Shown piece by piece: positions 1 to 9,308 of a stretch of 53,794 nucleotides of DNA. The position numbers were made by a program, and so were the translations under genes. The stretch's first letter is position 1. Every line of letters starts with the position of its first letter. A model generated the notes under the pieces. It did no database searches, was not told where the DNA came from, and was given only the letters and a program-made list of their open reading frames with translations. Origin of the DNA: a virus (lineage: Duplodnaviria; Caudoviricetes); the IMG/VR virus record IMGVR_UViG_3300025141_009405, positions 1 to 53,794 of that record. The stretch is one strand, 5' to 3'.

Positions 1-2
1 GA

Positions 3-533
3 TGGGATTACAATGGTTGGAGACGTTTCACATCGGGTCAAGCACCATACACTCAAAAAGACTGGAATCAAACGTTGATTACTGCTATTAATCAGTTATC
101 AGCTCAAATTCACAAGTCAACATTGAGAGGTGGGGCTAACTGGATTGTTTGTTCTTCTGAAGTTTCTGCAATATTTGATGACTTGGAGTACTTCCACGTT
201 TCAAACGCAGCACCAGAACAAGACCAATATAACATGGGTATTGAGAAAATAGGTACTTTATCAGGTAGATTTACTGTATATAGAGACCCTTACTTCCCAG
301 CTAACCAAGTGTTAATTGGACATAAAGGAACATCTTTATTGGATACTGGGTACGTTTACGCACCATATGTACCATTACAGTTGACACCTACAATGTATAA
401 CCCATTCAACTTTACACCAATCAAAGGTATCATGACTAGATACGCTAAGAAAATGGTGAACAACAGATTCTACGGAAGAATCACTGTTGATGGAGTTAGA
501 ACATTTGACGTAAGAGAATTGAAAAGATTCTAG
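3..533 (+). CDS. Major capsid protein, T4 gp23-like (C-terminal part; gene starts upstream of window)
   Basis: Frame open from position 3 (WDYNGW...). It contains RGGANWIV, IGTLSGRFTVYRDPY, GYVYAPYVPL and FTPIKGIMTRYA, typical of the gp23-family C-terminus. Confidence 0.93.
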   Translation, partial: WDYNGWRRFTSGQAPYTQKDWNQTLITAINQLSAQIHKSTLRGGANWIVCSSEVSAIFDDLEYFHVSNAAPEQDQYNMGIEKIGTLSGRFTVYRDPYFPANQVLIGHKGTSLLDTGYVYAPYVPLQLTPTMYNPFNFTPIKGIMTRYAKKMVNNRFYGRITVDGVRTFDVRELKRF

Positions 534-559
534 TAACTGAATAAGTTATATATTAAAAG

Positions 560-586
560 AAGCCCTCTTTATGAGGGCTTTTTTTT
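560..586 (+). terminator. Rho-independent terminator after capsid gene
   Basis: AAGCCCTC-ttta-t-GAGGGCTT hairpin followed by a T run. Confidence 0.85.
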
Positions 587-595
587 ATGCCGTGA

Positions 596-603
596 TATTT
601 ATA
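596..603 (+). promoter_or_regulatory. Putative late promoter motif TATTTATA
   Basis: Recurrent octamer, 15 nt before ATG 619. Confidence 0.6.
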
Positions 604-618
604 ATAAAAACAAAAACT

Positions 619-909
619 ATGAACTTTTTAAAAAACATGTTAAGTAGCGGAAGTAAAGTATCAAGTAAGAGAGTTGTAACATTTATATGTCTATTATTTA
701 TGATAATAGGGTATGTAGCTAATTTGTTCTGGAATTTTGAAGTTGCAGACAATATGTTTGAATCTTTACAGTGGATTGTTATGGCTGGATTAGGATTTAC
801 AGCTTCAGAAAATTTTGGTAACACACCACCAGAACCAGTTGAGGAGGAGCCAGAACCTAGTAGAACTGTTGTAACTCATGAATATGATTATGATGACGAA
901 GATATCTAA
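619..909 (+). CDS. Holin-like membrane protein (2 TM, acidic C-tail)
   Basis: Start moved to ATG 619, because ATG 571 lies inside the terminator hairpin. SSKR is followed by two hydrophobic helices and an acidic tail. Confidence 0.55.
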   Translation: MNFLKNMLSSGSKVSSKRVVTFICLLFMIIGYVANLFWNFEVADNMFESLQWIVMAGLGFTASENFGNTPPEPVEEEPEPSRTVVTHEYDYDDEDI

Positions 910-914
910 AAAAC

Positions 915-942
915 AAAAACCACTCTTTTGAGTGGTTTTTTT
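915..942. terminator. Bidirectional terminator between convergent genes
   Basis: AAAAACCACTC-tttt-GAGTGGTTTTTTT. Confidence 0.85.
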
Positions 943-972
943 ATATCTTTATTTTTTTTAATTAACTGTTAT

Positions 973-1035
973 TTAACAGTCACAACAAGTACAGTCACAT
1001 TTCGTACCACACTTACAAATTTCACAATCACACAT
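973..1035 (-). CDS. Metallothionein-like micropeptide MCDCEICKCGTKCDCTCCDC (20 aa, 9 Cys); not in ORF track
   Basis: ATG at 1035, TAA at 975-973, A-rich leader, CxC/CC pattern. It sits between the upstream gene stop (1064) and the terminator. Confidence 0.7.
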   Translation of the reverse strand: MCDCEICKCGTKCDCTCCDC

Positions 1036-1063
1036 AATTTTTAATTTTTTAAGTTTTAGTTTA

Positions 1064-1798
1064 TTATCGATTGGCGTGATAAGCTTCTAACCCATCTTCC
1101 GCATCTTTTCTAGTATCATATTTAGCTTTCCATAATTTTCCAGTTCTATTACTAATAATTCTCCATGATTTACCTCTTTTTGTTATACAACCAGATTCTG
1201 GACATTTACCAGTTTTCTTCTTTTTCTTCTTTTTTTCCGTAATTAATTTTCCTTGTGATGGGACAGATTCATGTTGAGCCCCACAATACGCTTTTGCCAA
1301 CCCAATTCTTCTTCCCCATAAACCACCATCTAATTTACCATCCGCAATTGCATCTTCTGCATGTTCCCAACAACCTGGGGAACAACCATCCTTATATCCT
1401 TTATCTACACAATATCTATGAAAAACACCTTCTGTCCCTCTTCTTTCTATATCATCATCAGCCTTTTGCATCCAATTGTCCTCATTTAATTTTCTTGATA
1501 ATCTTCTAACTAATTGAGATTCAGTAATCTTACCTTCACCCATCCAGTCAGACATATTGGTTTGTTTCATTGTATTAAGAGTTAATGTTTTATCACCAGT
1601 CTGTGCAGAATCAACATTAAATTCATCTTCATCTAATTCTTCTTCACTTTCCACATCTTCATCTTCATATAAATCTTTATACTTTGATGTGGGTGTGCCT
1701 AACATAAAGTCAAAACCGGTATTACCCCCTATATTTTCTTTAACTAATTTTTCTATTAAATCTATTAGTTCACTTTCCGATATTCTTATTTTTTTCAT
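1064..1798 (-). CDS. Modular late protein with N-terminal amphipathic tag; putative internal head protein
   Basis: N-terminus MKKIRISESELIDLIEKLVKE is shared with the 49956 ORF. It also has an acidic linker, a second tag copy (KITESQLVRRLSRKLNE), a K7 run and small C-terminal modules. Confidence 0.55.
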   Translation of the reverse strand: MKKIRISESELIDLIEKLVKENIGGNTGFDFMLGTPTSKYKDLYEDEDVESEEELDEDEFNVDSAQTGDKTLTLNTMKQTNMSDWMGEGKITESQLVRRLSRKLNEDNWMQKADDDIERRGTEGVFHRYCVDKGYKDGCSPGCWEHAEDAIADGKLDGGLWGRRIGLAKAYCGAQHESVPSQGKLITEKKKKKKKTGKCPESGCITKRGKSWRIISNRTGKLWKAKYDTRKDAEDGLEAYHANR

Positions 1799-3288
1799 AT
1801 TTGATTAATTACTTGAAATTTTATTACTTTTCTATAAATATCTACTTGTTGATTAGAAGTTGCCTTGATATCTACGTGATATTCATTAGGTATCATCCAT
1901 CCAGTGTCTAAGAGGAAATAATTGTGTGTAAATGACTTATTAATTGCAGTCCAAGGGATTACTTCTACTTGAGTGGTACCTTGGGTCACATAGATACGAT
2001 ATTGCAAATTATCAACTAATACTTGCTCATCCACAGTGTATGGAACTCTTGTAGATACAAACACTTTTCTTGTTTCTCCAGCACTAATTTTTTCATCTTC
2101 TTTAAGTCCCGAAACTGAATAACCGTATATTTTAGGTTCTCCAGCTGTCGAACCAATACTTAAACTATTATTATATATTATAAATTCATTTGTAACATTA
2201 GGTTGAGAGATTCCACCAACAAATAGATTAGACCATACATCAGTATAGATAACCGGTGGATTTTGTGCAACACTAGTTAAAGATAGTGGTATATAGTAAA
2301 CACCACAAGTTAGTTGGGTTGCCGTATAAGTAGCAACCGTACTCTCATTACAGTCTACAATATCAACTACAGGTAAATCATCAAAACATATTGGGTCACC
2401 ATTATGGTCGTAAGCGTATAAAAATAACTCGTTATTAACACCTAAATGAAAATCTCCTCTATTATCATTTATTACATCATTAAATGTTGTTTCTAAAAAT
2501 GGTTCATAGAATGTTTGGGTGTGCCTACTAAAAAAACCAACAGAATAAGCCTCAGTTAGTCCAGTTAAATTCTCAAAAGCGGGAATGAATGCAATACCAT
2601 AGGTGTTAGCGGAAGTGGTAGCGGTAGGTAAAACTAATAAATTACTTATCTCAGCGTCAAGTAATGCACTACTAAATTCTATATTTTCATTACCCTGGTC
2701 AAAAATCTGAGTATCTAATACTGTATAAGTGGTAGCGTCATTATTATCGTATATACCAGATATCCCCCACATACTTAATGTTGTAGAAGAAAACCAATTA
2801 CTAGGTCTTTTAGAATAAGTTAAATCAAATTCGGGTGAAAACATCCCATCCGCAACCAAATAGTCGTAACCAACACCTTCTGACCACGAACTACCAGTAG
2901 TAGCTTTGAATAACATTAGGGTAAAAGACGTAGCACGTCTCGTGTCATCCACCAAGATTTTATCATTCATTAAGATATCATCAAAATGAGATGTATTGGT
3001 CATTTTTATAGTGTGAGTTAAAGATGTTAGTGCTGGTATACAACAATCATTTATTTTTTCTCTTAAATCTTCTAAATCTAAATTAAAAATAAACCTACTA
3101 AACCCAGTATCTAAGTTTTTGGTAAACCCTGTCTCACCATTACATATATGGTCTGCAGAACCTGTAAACCTACAACTCTTTGTTACACCTTTACCATAAA
3201 AAAGTTGTGTTACTGGATTTCTACCGGTATTAACTTCATTATTTGCAAGTATAGTATTGTTTTTACTAAAATAGGACCTATGTATCAT
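1795..3288 (-). CDS. Hypothetical virion structural protein (beta-rich, 497 aa)
   Basis: Long ORF, T/S/aromatic-rich, preceded by the late motif, adjacent to the baseplate spike gene. Confidence 0.55.
   Translation of the reverse strand: MIHRSYFSKNNTILANNEVNTGRNPVTQLFYGKGVTKSCRFTGSADHICNGETGFTKNLDTGFSRFIFNLDLEDLREKINDCCIPALTSLTHTIKMTNTSHFDDILMNDKILVDDTRRATSFTLMLFKATTGSSWSEGVGYDYLVADGMFSPEFDLTYSKRPSNWFSSTTLSMWGISGIYDNNDATTYTVLDTQIFDQGNENIEFSSALLDAEISNLLVLPTATTSANTYGIAFIPAFENLTGLTEAYSVGFFSRHTQTFYEPFLETTFNDVINDNRGDFHLGVNNELFLYAYDHNGDPICFDDLPVVDIVDCNESTVATYTATQLTCGVYYIPLSLTSVAQNPPVIYTDVWSNLFVGGISQPNVTNEFIIYNNSLSIGSTAGEPKIYGYSVSGLKEDEKISAGETRKVFVSTRVPYTVDEQVLVDNLQYRIYVTQGTTQVEVIPWTAINKSFTHNYFLLDTGWMIPNEYHVDIKATSNQQVDIYRKVIKFQVINQI
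1833..1840 (-). promoter_or_regulatory. Putative late promoter motif TATTTATA
   Basis: 34 nt before ATG 1798, embedded in the end of the upstream gene. Confidence 0.5.
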
Positions 3289-3302
3289 TCTTTTACTTTT
3301 AC

Positions 3303-3310
3303 TATAAATA
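3303..3310 (-). promoter_or_regulatory. Putative late promoter motif TATTTATA
   Basis: 14 nt before ATG 3288. Confidence 0.6.
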
Positions 3311-3311
3311 T

Positions 3312-5114
3312 CTAGTTAATCCTTATATTTTTATTAAGGATAGTTTCTTCCGCTTCTTTGATTAATTTATCTATATCTGAAGTTGTAGTTCCATCATGGG
3401 CGGTAGGACATGAAGCTTTACCAGGACATGAGTGAGTATGATTAGCTTGGAAATTTGCCATTTTTTTAAGTAGTTCCATGAGTTTTTCCCCACGAACTAA
3501 TGAGTTAGTTTTTTCCTCTATATCATCTATAAATTTAGCTTGAGGAATACCATAGTTAGAAGCTAAAGTTATAGGACCATTTAGGTCTGTAGTATTATAA
3601 GATAGTAGATATATTTTTTCTCCTGCAGCGGTAATAATACCTTCTTGTTGGGCTTTAGGAGGTCCAGGAACCATTTCCTTCACTTTTTTCGTTTCTTTTT
3701 TAATCTCTCTACTACCTTCCGCGTTCTCAAAAGCTAAACCACCACCCTTATCCTTAACACCATCTAAACCTACTGTATTCCTTAATACAATAACCTGTTC
3801 TTTAACAGCATCAAAAGTCCCTGGAATAGGCCATGCTGCAGGTTCCCCTTCCTCTATAGTCTCTAAGAGGGCAGCTTCAGGTCTAAAATATAAAGGATGT
3901 ATATTACCCAAAAACGCTCCTAAATTATTTTGATTATTTAAATCCACAGAACTACTAAATGTTTTAGTTGCCCATGAAACACTAGGTTGTTTTAAAACTT
4001 TACTCCACTGCTCTTTATCTATATGAGATATTAAAGAATTTATTTGTCTCCCTATATCTTTAATAGTAGGGGCATTCACAAAACTCATAGTTAGACCTAT
4101 TTGTGGGTTGGTTGGTCCAGGTGGTGCCCCAGTGTTATATGAGGTTGTATTTGTACATTGCCAACACATAGGTGCTTCACCAGCACCATCCTTAGGTGGC
4201 ATTTTATAAACCTTAACTTCCCCATTAAAAACCATTGGTGATTGGCATAATGCGGTACGGTCCATATTATACTCTATTAGGGTATTTAATGGTAAATCTT
4301 CTTGGGTTACAATTTCTTTTTCTATCTCTACCCTAGTTAGGGTTTGGGGGAAAGTACTAATTTGTATGAATGTTGGTTTATAGTTAGTTGTAGGTCTTGA
4401 ACTAACCGAAGTATTCTTTATTAATTTACCTGAACGTATTAAAATTTGTGGGTAGGAAGCCTCTACATCATCAGGAGTTTCATCCTCTAAGGCATTTTCT
4501 GACATCCCCAGAATAATATCAGTATTATTTCTACCATAAATTCCTATATCATCTGGATTTATAAAACTACCCTTACTCTGTGGTAGAGGTATATTCTTAG
4601 GGTTTATTTTTGAGTCACCAACAGGTACAGCATAAGGCATTAATACTTTATTATTAACCCCCGCTGCTGTATTTTCTTTACCGCTTTGGTAATTCTCCAA
4701 CTCTATAGTGCCTGGTTGGGAGATAAGAGGACCTATATACTCTTGATTCAGATTTTTTTCTGATTCCCACGAAATTAATTTAACACCTTCACCTACTTTA
4801 GGTATAACATTTATTGGTAGTGGTAAAAATGATGGGAAAGTATAAGGGTCATTGACACCCCACGGAATATACTGTATTTTAGACCCCCCCACAATAAGTT
4901 CACCTTTAGCTGCTAACTCATCATATATTTTTATACACTGGGTTGGGTCATCACATTTGGTTATAGTTACATTTTCTCCTTCAGACGGTATAGCACGAAT
5001 TCTTCCTGCTGCTTTTGGGTCAGAATTATTAACACACGTCGCATAAGTAATAAACTTATTTCTAATTATAGAATTTTGTGCATTACCCTTATTTTGATAC
5101 CCTAAATTACTCAT
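3312..5114 (-). CDS. Baseplate central spike / gp5-like protein
   Basis: N-terminal OB-fold-like DPKAAGRIRA...IPKVGEGV and a C-terminal HTH (HxH) metal-binding tip motif, as in gpV/gp138-type spikes. Confidence 0.65.
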   Translation of the reverse strand: MSNLGYQNKGNAQNSIIRNKFITYATCVNNSDPKAAGRIRAIPSEGENVTITKCDDPTQCIKIYDELAAKGELIVGGSKIQYIPWGVNDPYTFPSFLPLPINVIPKVGEGVKLISWESEKNLNQEYIGPLISQPGTIELENYQSGKENTAAGVNNKVLMPYAVPVGDSKINPKNIPLPQSKGSFINPDDIGIYGRNNTDIILGMSENALEDETPDDVEASYPQILIRSGKLIKNTSVSSRPTTNYKPTFIQISTFPQTLTRVEIEKEIVTQEDLPLNTLIEYNMDRTALCQSPMVFNGEVKVYKMPPKDGAGEAPMCWQCTNTTSYNTGAPPGPTNPQIGLTMSFVNAPTIKDIGRQINSLISHIDKEQWSKVLKQPSVSWATKTFSSSVDLNNQNNLGAFLGNIHPLYFRPEAALLETIEEGEPAAWPIPGTFDAVKEQVIVLRNTVGLDGVKDKGGGLAFENAEGSREIKKETKKVKEMVPGPPKAQQEGIITAAGEKIYLLSYNTTDLNGPITLASNYGIPQAKFIDDIEEKTNSLVRGEKLMELLKKMANFQANHTHSCPGKASCPTAHDGTTTSDIDKLIKEAEETILNKNIRIN

Positions 5115-5296
5115 TAACCCTTTCTTTTTTTAATCTCTTCATTTAATATATTAAACTTCTTTTCCACATCATCTATATGGTATGTAAGTTGTATCATCAC
5201 ATCCTTACTTCGTTCAAACTCATCCTTCAATGTTTGCATTACTTCTAATATTTCATTATTAGATTTTTCTTTATAATCTTTAAAAAATTCTGCCAT
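5114..5296 (-). CDS. Small coiled-coil hypothetical protein
   Basis: 60 aa, heptad-like, translationally coupled to neighbours. Confidence 0.6.
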   Translation of the reverse strand: MAEFFKDYKEKSNNEILEVMQTLKDEFERSKDVMIQLTYHIDDVEKKFNILNEEIKKRKG

Positions 5297-5298
5297 AA

Positions 5299-7407
5299 TT
5301 ATTTTAATATACTATCCGTTCTTGTGAAAGGTTTTATTATACCAGGACCTAAAGGGTGTATTACTTGTCCATTCATTATAACACCCTGTGCAGAACCATT
5401 ATCTGTTTTTTCTTCATCTTGTGCTTGAATTAATGAGAATTGTGACAACATAAAAAGATTTGGTGAACCATCAGGCATATCACCCACCGGTATACCCTGG
5501 TCCTGTAACTTCCCTATTAATTTCTCAAAGGTACCTAACGCACTAGTTCCTGGACGCAGACTTGCAGCTGAGACTAAGAACGGAGGAACCCCAAAAGGAA
5601 TATCGGGCATATTAGCAGCCAACGCGGCCAATAAAATGTTATATATTTCCTTACAAGTTTTTGCTTCCTGTAACGCTATAATAAGTGGGAGTAGAATATC
5701 TAATAATTTTTTAATCATTCTAATCTTCTTCTTATTCATTTCTGATAACTTTCTTTTTATTAAATCTCTTATATAACGTAATAGTATTTCTTTAACTAAA
5801 GCTAGAATTCTTCTTGCAACTGCAGCTAAAAATTCTTTAACTACTCTAATTATAACTCTTTTAAATATCTGGGCCCAAACGTCAATACCTGTTGGGATGG
5901 CCCCATTTTGATTTAACATTTTTGCTGTTAATACAATAGGTAGAACTCCTTTGGGGTTTAATACACAATATACTAATATCTGTGGTAATTTTTTAATTAG
6001 GTTTTCTTTGAAGTCTATCTCCGCGGGTAATGATAACGACCCTAAATCAATCTCAAAACCATATTTTTTAGCCGAAGTACTCGCAAATTTTTGTAAAACC
6101 AAATCAAATTCTTTAATTTGTTCATCCTTATTCAGAGTGGCCAATATTGCGTCCACACCCTCATCTAGAATTTCATTATCTACAGGCACATCTACCACAC
6201 CACAACTCAACAAACTAATTACATTCTGTGATTTTTTTTCTGTCTCTATCTCGATATTCTTCATTTCTTCAGCAGTAAACTCAAAGAAACTATCGTCTTG
6301 GTGGAGTTCAGACAACGCATTAACTGAATCTGTTGAGGTATGCATATCCATCCCATCACAGGATGATAACATCTTATTAATGGAGGCCATTAATTTTTGT
6401 AAACCTAATAAGTTCTCGATACTAAAGTTTTTATTTCTAACACTCATAAATCCTGTTAGAATCTCCATTAGAGCCCCTAAAAAATTTTGTAACTCAATAA
6501 GTTTTATATTCTCAAAATAGTCCTTTAAAAATTCTACAAAAGTAAATTTTTGTGCTCCCGGTACTGGACCACCCACAGAAGGGGCTGAATTATATTGGGT
6601 ATTTCCAGGTTCAAATTTATAATAAGGCCAAATAAGGAATTGACCATTTAAGGCTTCTATATCAAAAAGTGCTCTACCACTTCTACCATAAATTGTTTGA
6701 CGTGTACCTGGTACCCCAGAAACTAAAGCGCCATTATTGAAAATTATGTCTCTTAAAAATCTATTAACTGGATATGGTGATTGACCAGGTGGATACACCC
6801 CAGAATTTAACGGGTCCTGTTCGTACATAAACTTACCCACCTCACTACTGGGGTCATTAAATAATTGTTTAAGTTGGTCAACCGCACTAACATTAATAAC
6901 TATAGGTCCGTTGAGACCGTCGCCGTCAACAGGTACCAACATAGATAAGTCACAATTAAAAGCTTTAATTATTTCCTCGAACAAGATATCATCTACTTTT
7001 GGTAGAGTTTCTATAATAGATTCTCTAATAATTTGATTAAGAACTCGTAACCAAACATCAGCAGAAACATCTAAACCAAACTTTTCGGAAAAAGATTTTT
7101 TAGTTTCTTTAAATTTACCATCTTCAGTCTTATTTTTTTGACCTCTTCTTTTTTTACGTTTCGCAGCCCGCATTTTTTTAGCTTTTTGTCCTGCTCTTTC
7201 GTTAGATTTTTTTTGTTTTAAAACCTTTAATAATTCTAATAAGAAGGGTAGTGGGTTACTTGTAATATCTCTCAGAGACTCCAAAGTATTTTTCCAAGCT
7301 TCTAGATTTTCTCTATTCTTTTTTTCGTCTGTTGTATCTAAAAACGCTAATAGACCTTGAATACCCGCAAATATATCTTTTTGTGTTTGTATAGAATCTG
7401 AAGCCAT
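5299..7407 (-). CDS. Hypothetical protein, 702 aa (probably virion/baseplate associated)
   Basis: Long ORF in the late operon. It is largely helical, with a very basic insert near the N-terminus. Confidence 0.55.
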   Translation of the reverse strand: MASDSIQTQKDIFAGIQGLLAFLDTTDEKKNRENLEAWKNTLESLRDITSNPLPFLLELLKVLKQKKSNERAGQKAKKMRAAKRKKRRGQKNKTEDGKFKETKKSFSEKFGLDVSADVWLRVLNQIIRESIIETLPKVDDILFEEIIKAFNCDLSMLVPVDGDGLNGPIVINVSAVDQLKQLFNDPSSEVGKFMYEQDPLNSGVYPPGQSPYPVNRFLRDIIFNNGALVSGVPGTRQTIYGRSGRALFDIEALNGQFLIWPYYKFEPGNTQYNSAPSVGGPVPGAQKFTFVEFLKDYFENIKLIELQNFLGALMEILTGFMSVRNKNFSIENLLGLQKLMASINKMLSSCDGMDMHTSTDSVNALSELHQDDSFFEFTAEEMKNIEIETEKKSQNVISLLSCGVVDVPVDNEILDEGVDAILATLNKDEQIKEFDLVLQKFASTSAKKYGFEIDLGSLSLPAEIDFKENLIKKLPQILVYCVLNPKGVLPIVLTAKMLNQNGAIPTGIDVWAQIFKRVIIRVVKEFLAAVARRILALVKEILLRYIRDLIKRKLSEMNKKKIRMIKKLLDILLPLIIALQEAKTCKEIYNILLAALAANMPDIPFGVPPFLVSAASLRPGTSALGTFEKLIGKLQDQGIPVGDMPDGSPNLFMLSQFSLIQAQDEEKTDNGSAQGVIMNGQVIHPLGPGIIKPFTRTDSILK

Positions 7408-7784
7408 TACATATTGTATTTAATAGTATTATCACCATCATTACCGTCCTTAGATTGTGTTAGTAACTGATTGATGGATTCTTTAATATCCTCCCCTAAT
7501 GAATGTGGACTTTGAGCGTCCTCCATACTCTTAGAAACAATAGTAGCTAATAATTTAGATAATTGTAATTTTTTATCTATAGAGGAGTCAATGATTTTTT
7601 GTTGTTCTTTAAGTACTGGACCTATTAAAGCCATATCTGCGGCCTCCTTCATAAAACCAATCATCTTATTCTGGATTCTAATCGCTGTACTACGTTGCTC
7701 GACGCATTCGTTATAAATCTCTTGCATAAGAGATACCGCACTTTCGTGGGTTAACTTTATTTCTTTTCTTTTAGGTCTAGGCAT
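7407..7784 (-). CDS. Hypothetical helical protein
   Basis: 125 aa ORF, coupled to the downstream gene, preceded by the late motif. Confidence 0.6.
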   Translation of the reverse strand: MPRPKRKEIKLTHESAVSLMQEIYNECVEQRSTAIRIQNKMIGFMKEAADMALIGPVLKEQQKIIDSSIDKKLQLSKLLATIVSKSMEDAQSPHSLGEDIKESINQLLTQSKDGNDGDNTIKYNM

Positions 7785-7787
7785 ACC

Positions 7788-7795
7788 TATAAATA
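7788..7795 (-). promoter_or_regulatory. Putative late promoter motif TATTTATA
   Basis: Only 3 nt before ATG 7784, directly after the sigma gene stop. Confidence 0.55.
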
Positions 7796-7800
7796 TATTA

Positions 7801-8505
7801 TTACTGGTTTACTAAAGAGCCTAGGATATCCTTGTATATATTTTTATACGGTTTTAAAGAAGCCCTAATTTCTTTGGTAGTAAGACCACTCATTTCACGT
7901 AATTGGTATAGAATTACGTTCTTATTGAATTTATTACCTTTACCAGCTATAAAAATAGTTTTATAATTCTCAAAAACGTCTATAAGGCAATACCCTATCT
8001 TTTCTTCGTTTATATTTAATCTATTTTCGTTTATAAACAGTTTTATCTCCACAACTAAGGAATTAATTATTTGTTCTAAAGGTAATTCATCATCTTCTAG
8101 TATTTCATACGAATATTTTACATCTTGTTCTAAACTATATGATATATCTTCATAAGAAATTTTTCTATTCCTATCTCTATTATCTTTCATTATCTGACCC
8201 ATTAAATAATTTTTACAAATAGTACCAAAATATGAATAAGCTTTTTTACCTTTTGCTGGTTTAAACTTCTCCATTTTGGTAACTAAAAAAGATAAAGTGT
8301 CTACGTGAATGTCCCTAAATTCCATATTAGGTCTATATAACCTATAACGTCTAATAATACTATCAATCATTTTAGTTAAGGGGTCACGAAGGAATGTATT
8401 GTATACAGTATTTTTTTCCTCCCAGGTAGTAGCCGTCAAAAATATGCGGACAGCTAATTCCTGTTCGGGCCCAAAGTACTGCTTAGTTAAAGGTTTACGT
8501 CCCAT
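7801..8505 (-). CDS. Phage RNA polymerase sigma factor, T4 gp55-like late sigma
   Basis: KFKPAKGKKAYSYFGTICKNYL resembles sigma region 2 of the gp55 family (F-x-P-x-K...AYFT-x-I). Size 234 aa. Confidence 0.65.
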   Translation of the reverse strand: MGRKPLTKQYFGPEQELAVRIFLTATTWEEKNTVYNTFLRDPLTKMIDSIIRRYRLYRPNMEFRDIHVDTLSFLVTKMEKFKPAKGKKAYSYFGTICKNYLMGQIMKDNRDRNRKISYEDISYSLEQDVKYSYEILEDDELPLEQIINSLVVEIKLFINENRLNINEEKIGYCLIDVFENYKTIFIAGKGNKFNKNVILYQLREMSGLTTKEIRASLKPYKNIYKDILGSLVNQ

Positions 8506-9303
8506 CTACGCTGAGTATTCTACTTTCCTGTCTTTAGTAAAAAAATATTCTTTTTTAGCAAGCTCAATCCAGAATTTAGCTTCATCTGGTGAAAGTTGTT
8601 TATCCGTATTAAATTTATAGTCCCAAAATAATGAGTCTACACGTTGGTTAGTATGTTTATAACCCACCTTAGGTATAGTCATAATCACAGTATCATTATA
8701 TGTAGCACGTAATAAAAACTCATAGTTGAATGTTAATTTCATGGAAGACTTCAGTCCACCTATTTCCTCAAACTTATCTTTTTTCATTATCATACCACTT
8801 ACTTGAAAATTTTGATATTTCAATAGAGTGTTATTATCCAAGTACCCCAAATCTTCAGAGAATCCCATAGCCCATAAAGCTTCATTAGTGAAACCAATAA
8901 ACTGGCCATTCTCATCCGTATCCACAACTAACGGAAAGAATAAGTCAACCTCATCATAGTATTCTACATACTCATTAAATTGTTTAAACCAAATATTAGA
9001 ATATTCATCATCATATTCTAGAATTGAGAAGAATTCTGTTTCACATTCCTCAACCCCAAAATTGATTTGACCACAATAATCGGTATCACCTTCATTGTAT
9101 AGAACTTTAGTTGTTATACCTTCAGGTTGGGTCCAAGACTCCATATAGTCTTTAATTTTTTTATCATCAGCACAAACCACATATAAAGTTCCCGGTTTTA
9201 CTTGTGTCTGTTCTAAACTTTTTATGGCTTTAGAAAACCATTCATCAAATTTACCATCTACATTATGTATTGGTAATATAACTGTTACATCTTTATTATT
9301 CAT
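8506..9303 (-). CDS. Glycosyltransferase family 2 (GT-A)
   Basis: VTVILPIHN start, INFGVEEC, ILEYDD DxD-like motif, YEFLLR. Confidence 0.8.
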   Translation of the reverse strand: MNNKDVTVILPIHNVDGKFDEWFSKAIKSLEQTQVKPGTLYVVCADDKKIKDYMESWTQPEGITTKVLYNEGDTDYCGQINFGVEECETEFFSILEYDDEYSNIWFKQFNEYVEYYDEVDLFFPLVVDTDENGQFIGFTNEALWAMGFSEDLGYLDNNTLLKYQNFQVSGMIMKKDKFEEIGGLKSSMKLTFNYEFLLRATYNDTVIMTIPKVGYKHTNQRVDSLFWDYKFNTDKQLSPDEAKFWIELAKKEYFFTKDRKVEYSA

Positions 9304-9308
9304 ATCTT

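Noticed and set aside
571-618. Longer start (ATG 571) for the holin-like ORF
   Set aside because: ATG lies inside the capsid terminator hairpin and upstream of the late motif; ATG 619 has the typical A-rich leader.
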